This document shows positions 24,929 to 32,000 of a stretch of 32,000 nt of DNA, in pieces. This DNA is from Candidatus Saccharimonas aalborgensis. Lineage in GTDB: Bacteria > Patescibacteriota > Saccharimonadia > Saccharimonadales > Saccharimonadaceae. The position numbers and the translations under genes were made by a program. Every line of letters begins with the position of its first letter. Position 1 is the first letter of the stretch. The stretch is from positions 510,001 through 542,000 of the forward strand of contig NC_021219.1 in assembly GCF_000392435.1 (NCBI RefSeq), read 5' to 3'. The notes beneath the pieces are model-generated. The model saw nothing but the letters and a program-made list of their open reading frames with translations, had not been told where the DNA came from and searched no databases.

Positions 24929-27900
24929 CTACGGTGTGCCACCACTACCTGGCGTATTTCTATCAGCTAAACCGTCTCTAATCTGGTCAGCATGAGCTCT
25001 AATCTGTTCTGATTCGTAATCACTCAAGAATCTTCCACCTACTTTACCGACAGAACCGTCTTTTGTGACTGACTGCTGTCCGGCAACATGGCGGGCCTTA
25101 CCATCAGCACCAACGTTAACTAAATCTCCTATATCAGAGTAGCCACCTGATCCGCTTGAGCTACTTGTTGCTGACGACGTTGCACTTGAGGGGACTGCAG
25201 GAGCAGGATTTGCAGGAGCAACTTTAGCACCGAGACTGGCATGGGGGATATTGAGTACGCCCGGGGTACCTACTGCAGCTCCGCCGGCTGCACCACTCGC
25301 TGGGGGTGCGCTAGGGCCAGGACTTGCGCCGCCTCCTGATGGAGGTGGGGGTGGTGCTTGATTTGGCATCGGCATTTGGCCAGCACCACTCCCAGAAGTC
25401 CCCGTAGCAGCCGCTGCCGCTCCGGCAGGGGTACTTGGGCCGTTCGTCCCTGCTACACCGCGCAGAACATTTCTTTTATTCTCATTAAGATTTTGCCAAA
25501 CATTGGGATTGTCCATCATACCCTGTGCTCGTGCTGCATCCAATCCCCCCGAGCTAACAGCAGCTTTAAGCTGGACTTCACTCTGACCCGCAAGCTCAGC
25601 ATCCGTAAGTCCGGAGTAGGTACCCGCAGCACCGTCAAAACTCGACAGCGTGCCCGACGAGTAGCTCCATGAGTTCACGGCGGCATCACGACTCTTTACA
25701 CCAGCCGCACTAAGGTCAGACATCAACTTTTGGACCGTTGTACTGCCTTTATCAAAGCCCTTTTTACCTTCAGCGTTCACAATGCCCTTATGGAGATTAT
25801 CCATTCCCTTCGCACCGCCCGCCAACAATATTGACTGGGCAGCCCTCGCACGTACGGTGTCTCCTTCGGCAATAGCTTTTTCATATACTTTTTGGGCCTC
25901 GTCTAGTTTTTGCTCTTCTTTCCATCCTTTTTGCATCCGTATCGCCTCATCGGCAACTTCCTTTTTCTCCATCTCGGCCGCCACACCGGCACCATGGGCT
26001 GAGAGTTTGCCACCATAATTCTTGCCAGTGAGTCTGTTGATACCCTTATAATATTTCGCACCCAGACCGTTCCCATGCCCACCGAGCGTCTGAGCTCGTT
26101 TGAGTTGTTGGTTACGCTGACGCTGCTGGCTCATAGCGCCAAGCATAGAGGTGTCGTTCCATTTCTTGCCAATGCGGCTATTTGCCTTGGAGCTGGCTTT
26201 GCTGAGCATAGCACCTACTGATCCGGCGGCTGCCAGTGCATTTTTGAGGAGAGGCAGGACAATGAGAAGCGGAATGGCAGAGACACCGAGCGCTCCAACT
26301 CCCAGCGCTGTTTTCGTGGCAGTCGCGTTTGCATCAGTCCCACTAACACCGTTTGCGGCAGCAGATAGTATCGTTGAGGCTAATTTGCTCGCGCCAAACA
26401 CTAACGCTACGATAGGAAATAGCAGGAGAAGTGTAGAAAATAACTTGTACCATTTTTTGAACAAATTCTCAGTATTCGGCAGTAGGTATGCGACAAATGC
26501 GAGCGGCGAGATGACGATGAGTAGTATGATAAGCGCTTGCCGACCAATGAGTATCAATACGGTCAAAGCAAGGGCGAGGAGTGCCGCGAGTACGACTGGG
26601 GTAGATACAGACAGGAGTAATGCGATTGCCGCAACTCCAAGACCAGTCATCCCCAGGATACCGCCGATCGTGTCGAGCCACTTATTCGATGAGGACGCTG
26701 CCGCTGCGGCTCCCGGGTCGGTTACGGTGACCGACAGTAGACTACTGAGGCTATATCCCAGCATATTACTGATATCGACAGCCAACTGGCATACATAATA
26801 CGAGACGTTGACAAGGATTGCCGCCACGATGAGCTTAGGAAGCATCTTCTTTATACCATAGTTTGTTATACCAATGCTCGATATCTGTGAGAATATGATA
26901 ATCAAAAAGGCAAGGACGAACGCTGCGTTTGCATAGTTGCGGAATTGCTGCCATGCAGTAAAGGTACCCCCGTTTTGGTCAGTTACCTCCTTGTTGACTA
27001 CGAGTGCCATACTAATGTAATTTTGTGCACCATCATTGACGGTTGCCATGAAATTCATTATGGGGCAGACGAGCCAGCCAATACTCTTGATGACACAAGT
27101 GGGTTTTGAGCCATTTGTGCTCCCGGCAGCATTTGGGTCTGATGCGTATTTTTGTCCATACTTACATGCGGTGTTCTCTGCGGCTTTTGTTGCGGGTGGA
27201 TAAGTGGTATCACAAAAAGCAGGGTCAGATTTATTTTTTAGTCCGTCTTCACACGCGGTCCTTTCTGCCTGAGATAACTTATACTTACTCGCACAGGTTT
27301 GAGCGGCGGTCGGGTCATTCTGGACGTAGGTAAGGTAATTGTTAGCATATTTGTCGGCGAGATTTGAAAGCGATTCACAGTTTTGCTGACCGCCCCCTTC
27401 GTTATCTATTTCACTTGAGTTTGATCCTGATATTGGAGCAAGAACAGGGATCTGCTTTCCTCTACCCAATTCAGTTCTATAGAATTTTTCAATTAGCTGG
27501 GTATTGTCATCACTTGGAGCGTGGATGATATAGCCAGTATCGCCCTTTTCCATTGTAGCTGGGTCGTATGTAGCCTCATTGGTCACCTTACAGGCAGTTT
27601 TAAATGACTTAATGAAATAGTTATACTTAACATACCCCTCTGGCGTAAATGGATTGGCGCCCACCTTTTGTTTAATGGTGTTAAAGAAATCGCGCTCATG
27701 CCCCTGTATTATCCAGTCACCATCGCCAGTTCTGCAGTCACTATTGTTCTCGCGTTTTACCCCGATATCGCAAATAAATTCTTTTCCAGATGTCCAGCCG
27801 AGAAATCCAAGTGCTTCTCTCATCTTTGATCCATCATTGCAGTTTCTCTCCCCACCCGGGTCAATGAATGTTCCGATTTGCGTGTCTTTTGATCTAAAAA

Positions 27901-28108
27901 AAACAAAATCATTAACACTCGAATCAGCCTTACCGCTCGCATAAGCAAGACACGAATAGACGTAACTGGCATATGCCCAGGCTTTACCCTTATCGTCTAT
28001 AGAGCTGCTTGTGTATGAAAGTGCAAAAAGTGAGGGGGCGGTGAGTATAGGAGTAAATAGGGTTATAATAACCCCTCCCAGTACAGTAAACAATCCAAAT
28101 CGTTTCAT
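24929..28108 (-). CDS. VirB6/TrbL-like polytopic T4SS membrane protein, paralog A, Pro/Ala/Ser/Gly-rich C-terminus
   Basis: 1059 aa. Signal peptide, Cys-rich extracytoplasmic N-terminal region, then NYGIKKMLPKLIVAAILVNVSYYVCQLAVDISN and RQALIILLIVISPLAFVAYLLPNTE. Confidence 0.8.
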   Translation of the reverse strand: MKRFGLFTVLGGVIITLFTPILTAPSLFALSYTSSSIDDKGKAWAYASYVYSCLAYASGKADSSVNDFVFFRSKDTQIGTFIDPGGERNCNDGSKMREALGFLGWTSGKEFICDIGVKRENNSDCRTGDGDWIIQGHERDFFNTIKQKVGANPFTPEGYVKYNYFIKSFKTACKVTNEATYDPATMEKGDTGYIIHAPSDDNTQLIEKFYRTELGRGKQIPVLAPISGSNSSEIDNEGGGQQNCESLSNLADKYANNYLTYVQNDPTAAQTCASKYKLSQAERTACEDGLKNKSDPAFCDTTYPPATKAAENTACKYGQKYASDPNAAGSTNGSKPTCVIKSIGWLVCPIMNFMATVNDGAQNYISMALVVNKEVTDQNGGTFTAWQQFRNYANAAFVLAFLIIIFSQISSIGITNYGIKKMLPKLIVAAILVNVSYYVCQLAVDISNMLGYSLSSLLSVTVTDPGAAAAASSSNKWLDTIGGILGMTGLGVAAIALLLSVSTPVVLAALLALALTVLILIGRQALIILLIVISPLAFVAYLLPNTENLFKKWYKLFSTLLLLFPIVALVFGASKLASTILSAAANGVSGTDANATATKTALGVGALGVSAIPLLIVLPLLKNALAAAGSVGAMLSKASSKANSRIGKKWNDTSMLGAMSQQRQRNQQLKRAQTLGGHGNGLGAKYYKGINRLTGKNYGGKLSAHGAGVAAEMEKKEVADEAIRMQKGWKEEQKLDEAQKVYEKAIAEGDTVRARAAQSILLAGGAKGMDNLHKGIVNAEGKKGFDKGSTTVQKLMSDLSAAGVKSRDAAVNSWSYSSGTLSSFDGAAGTYSGLTDAELAGQSEVQLKAAVSSGGLDAARAQGMMDNPNVWQNLNENKRNVLRGVAGTNGPSTPAGAAAAATGTSGSGAGQMPMPNQAPPPPPSGGGASPGPSAPPASGAAGGAAVGTPGVLNIPHASLGAKVAPANPAPAVPSSATSSATSSSSGSGGYSDIGDLVNVGADGKARHVAGQQSVTKDGSVGKVGGRFLSDYESEQIRAHADQIRDGLADRNTPGSGGTP

Positions 28109-28155
28109 AGTGCCTATGATTATTTAATCATGTCTAGTATAAAAATACTATTGAA

Positions 28156-28187
28156 TCAAAAGTCCCCTTGATTAAGAGGACTTTTGA
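28156..28187 (-). terminator. Strong inverted repeat between lipoprotein gene and VirB6-like gene (terminator- or processing-type hairpin, no immediate T-run)
   Basis: TCAAAAGTCC 28156-28165 and GGACTTTTGA 28178-28187 are perfect 10-bp arms, with inner CTT-gatt-AAG pairing. Confidence 0.5.
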
Positions 28188-28210
28188 CATGTATGACGAT
28201 AAGAACCTAA

Positions 28211-29092
28211 CTAACTGGGGGTATTGGGAAGTTTTTTAAATCCACTATTACCTTCGGGGGTTGTAGAATATAGCGTCCACTCAAATCCCTCTCCTCCACC
28301 GACTTTAGGAAATGATGTACCAATGACTTGCCATTGACTAACTGTGGTATCACCCTTGGCATTCAGGGTCTTCCGCCACTCATTAGCCGTATTATTAAAA
28401 CTAGATGATTCCTCTCCCCATGCTGTGCTGTACAAATACTCATCACTGCCACTACGGTCTTTGATATTACCACTGAAGTCTAACATTGCTTGCTTGGCGC
28501 GCAAGTATTCTTGAGAATCACAGGAAGAGTATACGATAGCGAGCATTCTTATTGCATCAAGTCGGTTCTCGGGGCGAACCGTGCCGTCGGGATTAGTGAG
28601 GATATGCCACGCTGTTGCCTCTTTATTGACCTTTTGAACAATAATCGATTGCGCATCGGAGCTACTTGAAGGGTTACCATAATTCGCAAACGGTACAAAT
28701 TTTTCACTAGTTAGTCTCATTAATTTAATTTGTTGCTCCGCATAGGGGCCATAAACACGAAACAGAAACTCGCCATAACGTTCTCGTTGCGGTCCTTTCA
28801 GATTCTCAAATGGTGAGATATCGTCGCTAGCATGGATATCTTTAATGAACTTCTGATCCTCTGCTGAGAGCGCTTTGTAGGCTTCGCTGTCAATTATTGT
28901 TTTTGGATTGAGCTTATCAACTGTCTGAGTAGTTTTCTCGGGGGTGCTCGCACCAGGCGTCTGTGAGGCGCTGGCGGTTGGGCGGTTGTCAGCCGAAACG
29001 GTTTCTGGACCACACGCAGTTGTGCCGAGGGCGACAGTGGTCGCAAGAGCGAAGCCAGCGCCGAGTCGTTCAAAAGTAGATCGTTTTACCAT
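28211..29092 (-). CDS. Putative lipoprotein (start corrected to ATG at 29092; ORF track start 29146 lies upstream of the predicted TSS)
   Basis: MVKRSTFERLGAGFALATTVALGTTACGPETVSAD: signal peptide plus lipobox-like TTAC. AAGGAG Shine-Dalgarno upstream of 29092. Confidence 0.75.
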   Translation of the reverse strand: MVKRSTFERLGAGFALATTVALGTTACGPETVSADNRPTASASQTPGASTPEKTTQTVDKLNPKTIIDSEAYKALSAEDQKFIKDIHASDDISPFENLKGPQRERYGEFLFRVYGPYAEQQIKLMRLTSEKFVPFANYGNPSSSSDAQSIIVQKVNKEATAWHILTNPDGTVRPENRLDAIRMLAIVYSSCDSQEYLRAKQAMLDFSGNIKDRSGSDEYLYSTAWGEESSSFNNTANEWRKTLNAKGDTTVSQWQVIGTSFPKVGGGEGFEWTLYSTTPEGNSGFKKLPNTPS

Positions 29093-29134
29093 GATAATGA
29101 GTTTCTCCTTATTGAAATTATCACGAATGTATAC

Positions 29135-29163
29135 ATTATACACCAAAGGTATGAAAATGTCAA
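29135..29163 (-). promoter_or_regulatory. Consensus sigma70-type promoter TTGACA-17-TATAAT for the lipoprotein gene
   Basis: Minus strand TTGACA TTTTCATACCTTTGGTG TATAAT; both hexamers perfect, 17-nt spacer. Confidence 0.85.
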
Positions 29164-29184
29164 TATACCATAAGCATCGGTGTG

Positions 29185-31995
29185 CTAAATGACGATACCG
29201 GCATCGCGCAGTGCTTTTGCCATGACCTCGCGAGACGACTCTGGTGTGTCGCGACCAACCGTCGGACTGGTGAGGATATCGCGCGTACCATTGAGCATAC
29301 CCGCAAAGTTCTTGTCGAACTTGTCGTCGAAGGTAGAGACAACTTTTTGGTAGCGCGGATCACTGGTACCACCATACATCCCCTCGAAGAGCTCAAACAT
29401 TGCGCTGCGGTGCCGGGCAAACTCGGCTTGGTCGGCGGGGTCAGCACTCCGCTTGAGTGAGCCAAGCTTGTACAAGATATCAAGTGCTTCAAAGTTGGCA
29501 CCTGCCAAGTTATCGGTCTTGATACGGCCCTCAAAGATCTGGCGCATCGCGTGCATATTTGTACTATCAATACCATTGAAGTTACCTTTGACAATTTCGT
29601 TGAAAGTAACGTCATTGATAAATGGTGCAAGGCGTTGGATGCCCGAACCGATCGCCTCACTCTTGACCGAGAGTCGATGGGCGTAGTTGACACCCTTGCG
29701 GTAGACAACATTGCCGGAGCTATCAAGTTTGACACTGCCGTCGGGGTTGGTGTCGACAACCTTTGACCCAGTTTCGTTGAGGATGGCCATCTTTTGAGCG
29801 TACGAGCCCTCTTTGAATTGGGTAACGATCGCCGCCTCTTTGACATATTCGTCACCAGCATCAAATTCGTGAACGTTGCCACTGTCGTCGACGGCCCGAA
29901 TAACTGTCCCCTTACCCTTTGCCGCAAGTGATTGGTATTGGCCGCTTTCGAGTTTAAAGTGTTTCATCAATTCACCAGCCGCAGCGGCTTGCTTGCCCCA
30001 CTCACTGCGTCCTTCAGAAATTGCACCAGCCAGGACATTGTCTTTGTGACCAATTCCGGTCGCATACTCATTGAGTGACCTGCCGTCAATAGCGCGGACC
30101 TGACCGCTAAAGATTGGCTTACCGTCAGCATCGCGGCGAATCACGCCGTGCTCGTCGCGCTGGTGGACTTGGCCATTGCTGAGTAGTTCGTCATTGATTT
30201 GGTTCTTGAGTCGGTGTTCGGCCTGAGATTTTCGGATAGCGGTGAGAGAGATTCCCTCGGCTGTCTCAAAGGCAGTGGCTGCGAGTTGCTGCATCGCAGG
30301 GGTGGCAATAGGTGCGTGGCCCACGCGCAGCTCATCGTAGGCCGCTTCAATTTGTTCGCCGGCAAGTTTGGCCCGATCGCCCGCCAAGCGGACACTCAGT
30401 TCCTTTTCAAGCTCTGATGCGTCTGTTTTTATCTTGACGTGCCAGTTTTCGTCCAAACTATGCTGGATACGCTGTTTATCCCGTTCAGTTTGGCGAGTGG
30501 CGGTATCAATGCGTCGACCTTCCATCGAGTCGTTAAAGAGGTTGTCATAGGTAGATTCGTTTACTTTTTTCCATGCTTCACGACGACGACGGTTATAGTT
30601 GACGTTACGTGTGGTACGATTTGCCCAGTTGTTACGACCCTTGCCGGCGAGTACGCGGGCTTTTTCTTGCTCGGCCCGCTCCTTTGCCCAGTTGCGAGTA
30701 CGATCCATAATGCCAGCTTTTGGATTATTGACCATACCGGCAATGCGCCCAAGGAGTGATCCGCTAAACTTAATGAGCATTGGTGTAATAGCAACCGGTG
30801 CTATCTGAACGGCCATACCGAGGATAATGAGGTTAAATGAGTCGGCGTTTTGTATGATGGCCATGCCGGCAAGTTGTGAGCCACCAAATATGACGGCAAA
30901 TATCGGGAACATCAGGAGCATTGTAGTGAGTAGCTCGCGCCATTTTGTGAAGTATTTTTCGGTATTTGGGAGGATGTAGGCGACAAATGCTAGCGGTGAG
31001 ACGATGATGAGAACAGTGATGAGTGCCTGTCGAGCTGCCATTACCAGGAGTGCGACGAGAACAGCCATCAATATCCCAACCAGGATCGGTATCAAGAGGT
31101 AGAGGGCGCCAGGGAGTGAACCGCCGAGGACGACAAACTTAGCGTAGAGTCCCAAGGCAGTGACCGCTGTTCCTCCTGAGAGGACAGCACTTGCAACACT
31201 TGACCAGCTGAGTGCAGTGATGTTGCCATAGTTTTCGGTAGTGCTCATGGCGTTGAAAATACCAAGGAACATATCGTGAATCGCATAGCCAAGATAATTT
31301 GAAACGTCTACTGCCAGTGCGCAGATCCAGTATGAGATGTTTACGAGAACGGCGGTGATAATGAGGCGAGGCAACATTTTTTTGATACCGTAGTTGCTGA
31401 TACCGACATTTGATATCTGAGAGTAAATAACAACCAGAAATGCGACGACGAAGAGAGCGTTGGCGATATCTCGTACGATTACCCACATCCTGTAGAGAGA
31501 GTTAGTAGTCGAGGTTTGGACTGGGCGGACGGTGAGAAATGACGACAACGCGTTATAGAGGTGGTCCATGCCGCTTGCTAAGAAATTGACGATCGGACAG
31601 ATAAACCAACCCAGGCCATTAGTGACTGATCCACTACAGGTGCTGGGGGTGGGAGAACTGGTGTTGTTTGTAATGCCGTTGACGATAGCAACGGCGACAG
31701 GTGGTGAAGGATTGCTATACTGGCCAGAATTGAAATCATACACAATGTACTGTGCGCTCGTTGCCTTGGTGGGATCTTGAGCTGTGTCAATGATAATCGC
31801 CTCACGTTTGTTGGTTTGAGGATTTTGGAATTCAAAGACGTGCGTTCCGACCGGTAATTGGCGGCTATCACCAGCTTGAATATCGGCAGTTTGGGTGAAA
31901 CTGCCGTTATTGTAGGTGATGGTGTTTCCGTTACGGACCGCATCGGCGGCGCTAACAGGGGCACTAAGCAAGAGATTGCAGGAAAAAACAGCCAC
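29185..31995 (-). CDS. VirB6/TrbL-like polytopic T4SS membrane protein, paralog B (start may lie beyond window)
   Basis: 936 aa. SNYGIKKMLPRLIITAVLVNISYWICALAVDVSNYLGY and RQALITVLIIVSPLAFVAYILPNTEKYFTKW, clearly paralogous to 24929-28108. Frame remains open toward the window end. Confidence 0.8.
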   Translation of the reverse strand: MAVFSCNLLLSAPVSAADAVRNGNTITYNNGSFTQTADIQAGDSRQLPVGTHVFEFQNPQTNKREAIIIDTAQDPTKATSAQYIVYDFNSGQYSNPSPPVAVAIVNGITNNTSSPTPSTCSGSVTNGLGWFICPIVNFLASGMDHLYNALSSFLTVRPVQTSTTNSLYRMWVIVRDIANALFVVAFLVVIYSQISNVGISNYGIKKMLPRLIITAVLVNISYWICALAVDVSNYLGYAIHDMFLGIFNAMSTTENYGNITALSWSSVASAVLSGGTAVTALGLYAKFVVLGGSLPGALYLLIPILVGILMAVLVALLVMAARQALITVLIIVSPLAFVAYILPNTEKYFTKWRELLTTMLLMFPIFAVIFGGSQLAGMAIIQNADSFNLIILGMAVQIAPVAITPMLIKFSGSLLGRIAGMVNNPKAGIMDRTRNWAKERAEQEKARVLAGKGRNNWANRTTRNVNYNRRRREAWKKVNESTYDNLFNDSMEGRRIDTATRQTERDKQRIQHSLDENWHVKIKTDASELEKELSVRLAGDRAKLAGEQIEAAYDELRVGHAPIATPAMQQLAATAFETAEGISLTAIRKSQAEHRLKNQINDELLSNGQVHQRDEHGVIRRDADGKPIFSGQVRAIDGRSLNEYATGIGHKDNVLAGAISEGRSEWGKQAAAAGELMKHFKLESGQYQSLAAKGKGTVIRAVDDSGNVHEFDAGDEYVKEAAIVTQFKEGSYAQKMAILNETGSKVVDTNPDGSVKLDSSGNVVYRKGVNYAHRLSVKSEAIGSGIQRLAPFINDVTFNEIVKGNFNGIDSTNMHAMRQIFEGRIKTDNLAGANFEALDILYKLGSLKRSADPADQAEFARHRSAMFELFEGMYGGTSDPRYQKVVSTFDDKFDKNFAGMLNGTRDILTSPTVGRDTPESSREVMAKALRDAGIVI

Positions 31996-32000
31996 AAGGA

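Noticed and set aside
26151-26798. 215-aa plus-strand ORF
   Set aside because: Fully antisense to the well-supported VirB6-like gene; Ala/Ser-rich composition typical of a mirror ORF over a hydrophobic/Ala-rich coding strand.
1-32000. CRISPR arrays, insertion sequences, tRNA or rRNA genes
   Set aside because: Read-through showed no regularly spaced repeats, no transposase-like ORF, and no cloverleaf or rRNA-like segment; intergenic gaps are mostly too short. tRNAscan-SE/Infernal would be needed to be definitive.

Overview
This window looks like the replication-origin neighbourhood of a small-genome bacterium, probably a Candidatus Saccharibacteria (TM7)/CPR-like lineage; that placement is inferred from gene content and no search was run. 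The left part (1-9000) holds an ABC polysaccharide/teichoic-acid exporter pair, five glycosyltransferase or sugar-metabolism genes, a GtrA-like gene, and an unexpected sucC/sucD pair. The centre is the core jag-yidC-rnpA-rpmH <-> dnaA-dnaN-recF block, with DnaA-box-like 9-mers upstream of dnaA and in the dnaA-dnaN gap, plus a DnaA-trio-like element. The right part (15003-31995) is about 17 kb entirely on the minus strand. It encodes a type IV secretion-like system: a VirB4 ATPase, a separate VirB4/TraC N-terminal-like protein, PrgI, two large paralogous VirB6/TrbL-like proteins, two probable peptidoglycan hydrolases (one a 1027-aa multi-span membrane protein with a C-terminal CHAP domain), a PEGA protein, and a lipoprotein behind a near-perfect sigma70 promoter. 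The observations most worth following are: a recurrent -10 box placed 7-10 nt before start codons (leaderless mRNAs), origin architecture with a CTA/TTA trio, a palindrome in the rpmH promoter, a terminator between rpmH and rnpA, the membrane-CHAP protein, sucCD in a reduced genome, and two overlooked translation-start anomalies (wecB uORF, gtrA non-canonical start). No CRISPR array, transposon, rRNA or convincing tRNA was seen.
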